From an uncultured Thiothrix sp. (lineage in GTDB: Bacteria; Pseudomonadota; Gammaproteobacteria; Poriferisulfidales; GCA-002705445), in NCBI GenBank assembly GCA_902559815.1, contig CACEJE010000001.1, forward strand, positions 36,465 to 100,464: 64,000 nucleotides of DNA. Direction: 5' to 3'. The position numbers and the translations under genes are program-made. Below the pieces are notes generated by a model that did no database searches, was not told the origin of the DNA, and worked only from the letters and a program-made list of their open reading frames with translations. Positions 56,740 to 64,000 of the stretch are shown here, one piece after another (positions within the stretch are counted from its first letter, which is position 1; every line of letters begins with the position of its first letter).

Positions 56740-57483
56740 ATGAAAATTAAATTAATATTTATTTTATTATTACTTTCCGCATTCAATGTCTTTGGGGATG
56801 ACAATAAAAAATTGTCAAATGATGAAATAAAAAAACTACCACCAAGCAAAAGCATAAACTTGGAAGAAAAAGATGTATTGACAGTTTGCAAGGGAGATGA
56901 CGTTACTAAATGGAATAACTGTTGGGGCAAAATTGTGGTCGATCATCCTTGTGATTCAGGAAAATGGTGTGGAACTTGGTCCAAAGGACTTTATTACAAC
57001 GGAAAAAAACATGGTTTTTTCCATGAGGGAATTTGGAATGGTAGAACTACACATCGAAGCGATGGAATTGACTATGCCGGATATTATAGTAATGGAATAA
57101 AAGTTGGTTTACATGGAAGATGTTATTATGCACAAGCAGGCAGAACAAATTTTCAAATTGGAAATTACAATCAAGATGGTGAGTCTGAAGGTATCTGGGC
57201 AACTTATCATGGCTGGTATGATGATTTTCCACAAAACGAAGATGGTTGGTATGAGACTTTTAGAGATTCCGGATGTCATTTAGAAACAGCATTATTGTAT
57301 TTGAATAAAGAAGAACCATGTGGCTATGATCAAAAATCATCTAAGGGGTATCCAAATTTATTTACAAGTCTTTCAACTGGTAAAGCATGCCGAGGTATAC
57401 ATGCTTCAGAAGAAGCAATGGATTATAAATACACAATAGAATACAAAAAATGGTTAAAGATGTTAGAAATGCATGAAAAGTAA
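56740..57483 (+). CDS. secreted Cys-rich protein with MORN/YwqK-like repeats
   Basis: 247 aa with a signal peptide. GLYYNGKKHGFFHEG and YAGYYSNGIKVGLHG repeats, with eight or more Cys. Confidence 0.5.
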   Translation: MKIKLIFILLLLSAFNVFGDDNKKLSNDEIKKLPPSKSINLEEKDVLTVCKGDDVTKWNNCWGKIVVDHPCDSGKWCGTWSKGLYYNGKKHGFFHEGIWNGRTTHRSDGIDYAGYYSNGIKVGLHGRCYYAQAGRTNFQIGNYNQDGESEGIWATYHGWYDDFPQNEDGWYETFRDSGCHLETALLYLNKEEPCGYDQKSSKGYPNLFTSLSTGKACRGIHASEEAMDYKYTIEYKKWLKMLEMHEK

Positions 57484-58870
57484 ATTATTTATAATATTTT
57501 TATACTCATTATCTTCGCAGTTATTTGCGGAATCAAATCATTATGTAAATCCATGGCCAGATAATAAATTAAAAGATATTGAGATTATCCTTAACGAGAA
57601 CGATAAAAATTTTGGTATTGCTAAGAATAAAGATGGACAATTTATTTCACTAAAAACTAATGAGCTCCTTAACGGTAATCATGAAATAGACGGTATATCT
57701 TATCCTTTTAAGAATGGCTTATTACATGGAAAAGTTTATGGAGCAACTTATCGTAAAGGTCAGCTTCATGGCGCGATAAATGAATATAGAACATATTATA
57801 ATGGCGAATATTCAATACCCTCTTTTCTTTATGCCAGCTTAAACTTTGCGAATGGTGTGCCAAGTGGCACCCAAAACTGGTATGACCCTTCTGGAAATAT
57901 AATTGAAACAGCATTTTATAAAAATGGTAAAAGAGTTAGTTATAAAAAGATTTTTCAAAAAACAAAGGTACAATACTCTAATGAATCTGACTACGAAAAT
58001 GAACAAGCGGAAGTAACTCATAAATTTTTGGAGATCTGTTCCAAATCAAAAATAAAAAGAATATTTGATGATCGCTCCCACGTTTATATATATACGGGCA
58101 GTGATCTAGATCCAAATTGCTTACAAAAAGAATACTCATCATACCGCAATAATAAATATATTATCACTACTTATGAAGACTATGGCTGGGGTCGTTCAAC
58201 AGAGGAAAATAAAAATCTTAAAATGTATCCAACAGATGACTACAATGAAAGCATATTTTTTAGCAAAGAAGATACTTATATAAAAATACTTTCACCAGTG
58301 AAAGAAATGTGCACGGAAGGTTGTTATTTTGAATACGATCACATCTATTTTTTTGGAGAAACCTTTGTATATATGACAGATTATTACGGCTACTATAGTT
58401 ATACTTCTTTGGAATCATTTAGTGATTTAGTTATAAATTACAGTATGTCAATGATGACGCATCATAGAACCTATATGTATAGTGTCCAAGATATTTTAAA
58501 TGCTGGGCAAAATATTTCTTCTTTTTATTTTTACGGAGATGCTCAAGAAGAAATAACTAAGGAGTCATATACCTCAACTTGGGAAAAAAAATATTGGCAA
58601 GGAGGTGGTGCGCTTTGGATCTCAACGAAACGTAATTACAAGAATGAAATTTTAGAGTTAAAAAGTTGGGGAAATGTTTGTGATAGTTTAAGTAATCATA
58701 TATTTTGGAACTTATATTCAAAAAATGATTTTCCAAATAGTCTTCATTATGAATATTTTAAGATTGAAATAATGTCTTATTTAACTAAACAACCTGCGCC
58801 AAAATGGTGGCTCGCTGCTTTGGTAAATTATAAAGATAACCAATGGTGTTACGAAAATCCTAAAATGTAG
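57473..58870 (+). CDS. secreted protein with N-terminal YwqK/MORN-like repeats and a large Tyr-rich C-terminal domain of unknown function
   Basis: 465 aa with a signal peptide. FKNGLLHGKVYG, YRKGQLHGAINEY and FYKNGKRVSY. Overlaps the previous gene by 11 nt. Confidence 0.55.
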   Translation: MKSKLFIIFLYSLSSQLFAESNHYVNPWPDNKLKDIEIILNENDKNFGIAKNKDGQFISLKTNELLNGNHEIDGISYPFKNGLLHGKVYGATYRKGQLHGAINEYRTYYNGEYSIPSFLYASLNFANGVPSGTQNWYDPSGNIIETAFYKNGKRVSYKKIFQKTKVQYSNESDYENEQAEVTHKFLEICSKSKIKRIFDDRSHVYIYTGSDLDPNCLQKEYSSYRNNKYIITTYEDYGWGRSTEENKNLKMYPTDDYNESIFFSKEDTYIKILSPVKEMCTEGCYFEYDHIYFFGETFVYMTDYYGYYSYTSLESFSDLVINYSMSMMTHHRTYMYSVQDILNAGQNISSFYFYGDAQEEITKESYTSTWEKKYWQGGGALWISTKRNYKNEILELKSWGNVCDSLSNHIFWNLYSKNDFPNSLHYEYFKIEIMSYLTKQPAPKWWLAALVNYKDNQWCYENPKM

Positions 58871-58887
58871 TCAGATACAGGTAAATA

Positions 58888-59439
58888 TTATTTCCATTTA
58901 ATAGAACAACCTACACTAGGAATTTGCTCAGCTGGACCCTTACCAGTTTGAGCAATTTCAATCATTGCATTTAATAATTCAGGCTCGAGATCATTGTTAG
59001 TCATAGTCATACGTGTTGCATCAAGTCGACCTCGATATTGTAATTCTAGAGATGAGTTATAGCCAAAAAAATCTGGAGTACATACCGCCCCAAAATTTTT
59101 TGCAATATCTTGGGTTTCGTCAATTACGTAGGGAAATGAAAATTTATTTTTTATAGCAATTTTTTTCATATTTTCGTAAGAATCCTCGGGGTAATCTTGT
59201 ACATCATTAGACATAATACCTATAGAGTGAATACCATAGTCTAATAAAGTATTTGTGACCCTTACTAGTTTTGGCAAAATTGCTTTAACAAAAGGGCAGT
59301 GGTTACAAATGAAGAAAACCAAGATGCCTCTTTCTCCTTTTGCATTGTCTATATTCCAGATTTTATCGTTAGTGCATTTTAAGTTAAAAGGCACAATTTT
59401 GGTGCCATATTCACAGATTGGGGTAGTAGTTTCGGACAT
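58888..59439 (-). CDS. thioredoxin-fold (AhpC/TSA-like) thiol-disulfide oxidoreductase
   Basis: 183 aa. FFICNHCPFV redox-motif context and a thioredoxin-like length. Confidence 0.62.
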   Translation of the reverse strand: MSETTTPICEYGTKIVPFNLKCTNDKIWNIDNAKGERGILVFFICNHCPFVKAILPKLVRVTNTLLDYGIHSIGIMSNDVQDYPEDSYENMKKIAIKNKFSFPYVIDETQDIAKNFGAVCTPDFFGYNSSLELQYRGRLDATRMTMTNNDLEPELLNAMIEIAQTGKGPAEQIPSVGCSIKWK

Positions 59440-59570
59440 TATAAAATTTATTTATAGTAACTAAAAATTTTGCTATTAGCATTAAATATGTTAATTAAGA
59501 TATAGTGTATAGCATAATAATAAACCTATAAAGATGTATAATAAATTTTTGGTCATTACAGGAGGGGAGA

Positions 59571-60368
59571 ATGCCATCATTTGTTTCAATTAATCCGTTT
59601 GTAGAATTATCGGATATGCTAGGAAGTGTCGTTCCATTACAAGGATTTTTAATCGTTATGGCGCTACTAACAGCTGGCGGTGTGATACTCGATATCATGC
59701 ATAAAAAAAATGTTAAATATTTCTTTGATAACGCAAAGAAAGCTAAAGAAAAGTCTACAAGACATGTCGGGGCAGGCGAAAAAGCTGGGATAATCGTAAA
59801 AACTGTAGCACACGATGTATTAACATCTGGTGAATTTTGTGGTTGGAAAAGACGAGTTGCTCATCTATTAGGTATGTATGGAACGATTATATTTTGGGTG
59901 ACTTCAGCTATTATGGTTTTTAAAACTCCAATTTCTGAAACACCTGTAATGGTGTCGCAATTATGGCATTTAGGAGCAGCAATGACTTGCTTAGGAGCAT
60001 ATTGGTTTTGGTTCTTTTTAAGAGTTGACGTAGCTGCAGAAGGACACAAATGGTACCGTGTGGTTTTTACTGACTTATTTGTTTTAGCATTAGTGCTTAC
60101 TTCAACTTTTGGTCTTGCATGGTCTTATCTTCAAGCTGAAGGCTCAGCTTGGAATTATTTATTTTTAGTATTATTTGCATTGTCAAACATAGTTCTGTTT
60201 GGTGGTGTTTACTGGTCTAAATTTGCTCATATGTTTTATAAACCTGGAGCAGCAATACAGAAACACTTAGCTGAAGCAGATGGTTCGCGTGATAGCTTAC
60301 CAGAACCAGCTGATGCACCAGAGCAATTTGGCTTAGGAATAAAAAGGGAAGCACCAAAACATTATTAA
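59571..60368 (+). CDS. aprM: adenylylsulfate reductase membrane anchor AprM
   Basis: 265 aa with about 5 TM helices and a charged C-terminal tail. It lies directly upstream of aprBA, as in sulfur-oxidising gammaproteobacteria. The call is partly by context. Confidence 0.65.
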   Translation: MPSFVSINPFVELSDMLGSVVPLQGFLIVMALLTAGGVILDIMHKKNVKYFFDNAKKAKEKSTRHVGAGEKAGIIVKTVAHDVLTSGEFCGWKRRVAHLLGMYGTIIFWVTSAIMVFKTPISETPVMVSQLWHLGAAMTCLGAYWFWFFLRVDVAAEGHKWYRVVFTDLFVLALVLTSTFGLAWSYLQAEGSAWNYLFLVLFALSNIVLFGGVYWSKFAHMFYKPGAAIQKHLAEADGSRDSLPEPADAPEQFGLGIKREAPKHY

Positions 60369-60456
60369 TGTATTGTGTAACTAGACTTTAAAAAGAATTA
60401 TTGGTAAATAGATATTAGTTAAATAAAATTTTTAGATTTAAAATAGGAGAAAAATT

Positions 60457-60957
60457 ATGTCAACATTTGTATATATGACCCGTTGTGATGGTTGCGGCCA
60501 CTGCGTTGATATCTGCCCGTCGGATATCATGCATATTGATCCAAAAATTAGACGTGCCGTCAACATTGAACCTAATTTCTGTTGGGAATGCTATTCTTGC
60601 GTGAAAGCTTGCCCACAAAATGCTATTGATGCTCGAGGCTATGCTGACTTCGCTCCTATGGGTCACAAAGTTAGAGTTCTTAGAGAAGAAGAAAAAGGGA
60701 CAATCTCTTGGAAAATTACATTTAGAAATGGAACAGAAAAGAATTTTGTGTCTCCAATTACTACTAAACCTTGGGGCAAGCATATACATAAAGTTGCTGA
60801 CGCACCTGTTCCAGACGCAGCGGCACACGAATCACAATTACTTTTTAACGAGCCAGAATATTTAAAAATTGGTGATAACAGGGATAAAAAACTTATCAAT
60901 GAAGATGGTTTGCCTGTCCGTGAAAAAGAAACATTTAAACAAGGGGTGTATTACTAA
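60457..60957 (+). CDS. aprB: adenylylsulfate reductase beta subunit
   Basis: 166 aa. Two ferredoxin motifs, CDGCGHCVDICP and CWECYSCVKACP, plus the AprB-specific C-terminal tail. Confidence 0.9.
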   Translation: MSTFVYMTRCDGCGHCVDICPSDIMHIDPKIRRAVNIEPNFCWECYSCVKACPQNAIDARGYADFAPMGHKVRVLREEEKGTISWKITFRNGTEKNFVSPITTKPWGKHIHKVADAPVPDAAAHESQLLFNEPEYLKIGDNRDKKLINEDGLPVREKETFKQGVYY

Positions 60958-62807
60958 TGGCAAATCATAAAACAGTTTACGAAGATTGCGATATCCTAGT
61001 TGTTGGCGGAGGAATGGCTGGTACTGGAGCCACTTTTGAGTCTCGCTATTGGGGTCGTGACATGAAAATAGTATGTGTTGAAAAAGCAAATATTGACCGA
61101 AGTGGTGCTGTAGCACAGGGTCTATATGCAATTAACTGCTATATGGGTACTCGTTGGAATGAAAACCAGCCAGAAGATCATGTTCGCTATGCTAGAAATG
61201 ATCTTATGGGAATGGTTAGAGAAGATTTAGCATTAGATATGGCTCGTCACGTAGACTCAGCAGTTCATATGTTTGAAGAATGGGGTCTGCCATTAATGAA
61301 AAATAAAGAAGGTCGCTATCAACGAGAAGGAAAATGGCAAATCATGATCCATGGCGAAAGTTATAAACCAATCGTAGCTGAAGCGGCAAAAAAATCTGCT
61401 AGTAAAGTTTATAATCGTGTAATGATCACTCATCTTTTAAAAGATGAAAGCAATGATAATCGTTGTGGTGGTGCAGTTGGATTCAATATGAGAACAGGTG
61501 ATTTTCATGTTTTCCGTGCTAAGGCAACAATTATATGTGCTGGCGGTGCTTCTCACATATTTAAGCCAAGAGCTGTTGGAGAAGGAATGGGAAGAACATG
61601 GTATGCCCCATGGAGTAATGGTTCTTGCTATGCTTTACCAATTGCATTGGGCGCAAAAATGACACAAATGGAAAATAGAATTGTATTATGTCGTTTTAAA
61701 GATGGATATGGTCCTGTTGGAGCATATTTCTTACATCTTAAAACTTATACTCAAAATACATACGGTGAAGAGTATGAATCAAAATGGTATGACCAAACAA
61801 AAGAAATGGTTGGAGAATACATTGATCATCACCCAACACCAACATGTTTAAGAAACCATGCTTTCTTAGAAGAGGTGAAAGCTGGTAGAGGTCCAATACA
61901 CATGGTTACAATGGAAGCTTTCCAAGATCCACATCTTGAAGTAATTGGATGGGAAAATTTCTTAGGAATGACAGTAGGACAAGCTGTAGTATGGGCTTCA
62001 CAAGATATTGATCCTAAATATCAAAACCCAGAGTTAACAACTTCAGAGCCATACGTTATGGGTTCGCATGCAACATGTTCTGGAGCTTGGGTTAGTGGAC
62101 CTTCTGATTTAGCTCCAAAAGAATATTACTGGGGTTATAACCGTATGATGACAGTTGATGGTTTATTTGGAGCTGGTGACACAGTAGGTGGAACTGCACA
62201 TAAATTTTCGTCAGGCTCATTTACAGAAGGCCGTTTAGCTGCAAAGGCTGCTGTTCAATACATTAATGATATGGAAACAAAGCCTAGCGTATCAGAAAAA
62301 CAAATTAATAACTTTAAAGAAGAAGTTTATAAACCATTAGAGAACTACACAGTTGGTAGAAACGAAATTACCGCTGGTACTGTTTCTCCAAGTTACATTC
62401 TTCCAATACAAGGCTTACAAAGATTGCAGAAAATTATGGATGAATATTGTGGCGGTATTGGTACTAATTATATGACTAATGGAAATCTTTTAAAACAAGG
62501 CCTAAAAAATCTAGATATTCTTCAAGAAGACTTAGAGCATGTTGGCGCTGAAGATTTACATCAGCTAATGAGAGCTTGGGAATTAAAACATCGTGCATTA
62601 GTGTCGCAATGTGTTACTGAGCATACATTATTTAGGGAAGAAACACGTTGGCCAGGATATTATTACCGTGGAGATCATATGAAATTAGATGATGATAATT
62701 GGCATTGCTTAACTTTGTCTCGTCGTGATCCTAAAACAGGTAAATTTACCATGGAAAAAGCTCCGCTGTACCATATTGTGGATGAGGAGCAAAAAAAGGC
62801 AGGCTAA
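60957..62807 (+). CDS. aprA: adenylylsulfate reductase alpha subunit
   Basis: 616 aa. FAD fold ILVVGGGMAGTGA and conserved AprA blocks (GAVAQGLYAINCYMG, WQIMIHGESYK, EETRWPGYYYR). Confidence 0.92.
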   Translation: MANHKTVYEDCDILVVGGGMAGTGATFESRYWGRDMKIVCVEKANIDRSGAVAQGLYAINCYMGTRWNENQPEDHVRYARNDLMGMVREDLALDMARHVDSAVHMFEEWGLPLMKNKEGRYQREGKWQIMIHGESYKPIVAEAAKKSASKVYNRVMITHLLKDESNDNRCGGAVGFNMRTGDFHVFRAKATIICAGGASHIFKPRAVGEGMGRTWYAPWSNGSCYALPIALGAKMTQMENRIVLCRFKDGYGPVGAYFLHLKTYTQNTYGEEYESKWYDQTKEMVGEYIDHHPTPTCLRNHAFLEEVKAGRGPIHMVTMEAFQDPHLEVIGWENFLGMTVGQAVVWASQDIDPKYQNPELTTSEPYVMGSHATCSGAWVSGPSDLAPKEYYWGYNRMMTVDGLFGAGDTVGGTAHKFSSGSFTEGRLAAKAAVQYINDMETKPSVSEKQINNFKEEVYKPLENYTVGRNEITAGTVSPSYILPIQGLQRLQKIMDEYCGGIGTNYMTNGNLLKQGLKNLDILQEDLEHVGAEDLHQLMRAWELKHRALVSQCVTEHTLFREETRWPGYYYRGDHMKLDDDNWHCLTLSRRDPKTGKFTMEKAPLYHIVDEEQKKAG

Positions 62808-63158
62808 ATGGAATTCCTTAAAAAGTCTGATGAAGAGATCTTCGAGATCGCAAATCCCTTTTGGATAGATTTGGTTAAAGCTTCTAATAAGCAAGATTAT
62901 GGAAGCTTTACCAAAAATTTTTCTGAAACAATGTTAATGGGCGCACACGAAGTTGAGATTGGCAAGCAGTGGGCGAATAACAAGCTTTTATCTACATTAA
63001 CCGAAGAAGCAAATCCTCTTGGTTGTCTAAGAAGAAATGAACATATAACTGTTCTTTATAAGCAAACAAGTACAGAATTTTCGGGAGATTATCTTGGAAG
63101 ATTGGTTGTTGGTTTAGAAGACGGTGAAGTTAAAGTATTTGGTGCAACTATATTCTAA
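62808..63158 (+). CDS. hypothetical 116-aa protein translationally abutting aprA
   Basis: The ATG immediately follows the aprA stop codon. Soluble, with no recognisable motif. The codon usage looks native by eye. Confidence 0.5.
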   Translation: MEFLKKSDEEIFEIANPFWIDLVKASNKQDYGSFTKNFSETMLMGAHEVEIGKQWANNKLLSTLTEEANPLGCLRRNEHITVLYKQTSTEFSGDYLGRLVVGLEDGEVKVFGATIF

Positions 63159-63161
63159 AAA

Positions 63162-63680
63162 ATGAATCATATTAATCTGGTGTCAGTAATTTCAGATACA
63201 CATGGTTTAATTGATAATCATGTAATTCCATATTTAAAAAAATCAGACGTTATAATTCATGCTGGCGATATTTGTAGTACTCAAATTATCTTTGATTTGC
63301 AAAAATATTGTGACAAAGTTTTCTGTGTTGCCGGAAATAATGACATACCTGAAAAATATTTTGATAATGAAGATAAGAAGATAATTTCACAATTAAAAAA
63401 ATATCAAAATATTTTAATTAATGGAGAAACTATTTCAATTGAGCATGGAGATAGGTTTGGTCATAAAGCAGATCATGAAGGTTTAAGAAATTCGTATCCT
63501 AATTCAAAATTAATAATATATGGTCATACTCACTATCAAGTGTGTGATCAAAAAAAAGAACCTTGGGTTATTAACCCAGGTGCTTGTGGACACACAAGAA
63601 ATAATGATGGAGGCCCTTGTTTTGTTCAAATTGAGATGAATGAGAGTGAATGGAATGTAATTCCATACTGCTTTAACTAA
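63162..63680 (+). CDS. YfcE/MJ0936-type metallophosphoesterase
   Basis: 172 aa. ISDTHG, HAGD, GNND and GHTH motifs in canonical order. Confidence 0.75.
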   Translation: MNHINLVSVISDTHGLIDNHVIPYLKKSDVIIHAGDICSTQIIFDLQKYCDKVFCVAGNNDIPEKYFDNEDKKIISQLKKYQNILINGETISIEHGDRFGHKADHEGLRNSYPNSKLIIYGHTHYQVCDQKKEPWVINPGACGHTRNNDGGPCFVQIEMNESEWNVIPYCFN

Positions 63681-63760
63681 TCTAAATATAAATAATAAAC
63701 AACTTGCTTAAACAATATTTGCAATTATCATAGATTATGTAAACTAACCAAAATTTTAAT

Positions 63761-64000
63761 ATGGACACAAATACGTTTAAATCAGAAGATTATATTATTA
63801 ATGATGAACCCTATTATCATCCTGTAAATGATGAAATAGAAGTTTTTGAAAGCGCATATAAAAATCAGTTACCAGTCCTTCTCAAGGGTCCAACAGGATG
63901 TGGTAAAACAAGATTTATGGAATATATGAGTTGGAGGTTAAAAAGACCATTAATTACAGTATCTTGTCATGATGATTTAACGGCTTCGGATCTAGTAGGA
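63761..64000 (+). CDS. CbbQ/NirQ/NorQ-family MoxR AAA+ ATPase, 3' end outside window
   Basis: N-terminal 80 codons. [35 protein letters not shown] with Walker A. Confidence 0.75.
   Translation, partial: MDTNTFKSEDYIINDEPYYHPVNDEIEVFESAYKNQLPVLLKGPTGCGKTRFMEYMSWRLKRPLITVSCHDDLTASDLVG

Noticed and set aside
56646-56930. Minus-strand 94-aa ORF spanning the junction of the first two MORN genes.
   Set aside because: It is antisense to two signal-peptide-bearing genes and consists of low-complexity sequence.
59495-59698. Minus-strand 67-aa ORF overlapping the aprM start.
   Set aside because: It conflicts with aprM and its RBS (AGGAGGGGA), and it has no motif.

Overview
This is an AT-rich, tightly packed bacterial chromosome segment with about 70 genes and one tRNA. 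Gene content and order look gammaproteobacterial: trkHA-fmt-def | smg-topA-tsaC-hemF...aroE, aroK-aroB, rpsU/dnaG/rpoD and znuABC-zur. An aprM-aprB-aprA locus points to a SUP05/Thioglobus-like sulfur oxidiser, but that taxonomic call is inference only.

**1-49 kb:** mostly housekeeping genes (his, heme, shikimate, glutamate synthase, cell wall, translation). Three regulatory stories are readable directly in the DNA:
- A glutamine-riboswitch-like (glnA RNA motif) leader lies behind a good sigma70 promoter in front of gltB, and gltB runs straight into dnaG-rpoD.
- Two perfect Zur-box palindromes control zur-znuCB/znuA and a histidine-rich porin-like outer membrane protein (OMP).
- Tandem Fur boxes sit in front of a second, apparently paralogous porin. 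Beside it is a module for a secreted FMN-binding protein, an ApbE flavin transferase and a PepSY transmembrane protein, read here as a candidate periplasmic ferric reductase.

**49.3-58.9 kb:** an accessory, visibly more GC-rich and patchy island. It holds:
- umuDC, with an N-terminally extended UmuD.
- Two about 48-bp imperfect direct repeats (42/48 identical, each containing TTACCC-N5-GGGTAA). They bracket a 4.6-kb module of small secreted proteins, an HTH fused to the non-catalytic lobe of a T4-type lysozyme, and a four-gene operon with two methyltransferases and two nucleases.
- Three tandem secreted MORN/YwqK-repeat proteins.

No CRISPR array, IS element, transposase or integrase was seen. 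All family calls rest on motifs read by eye and need HMM/BLAST confirmation.
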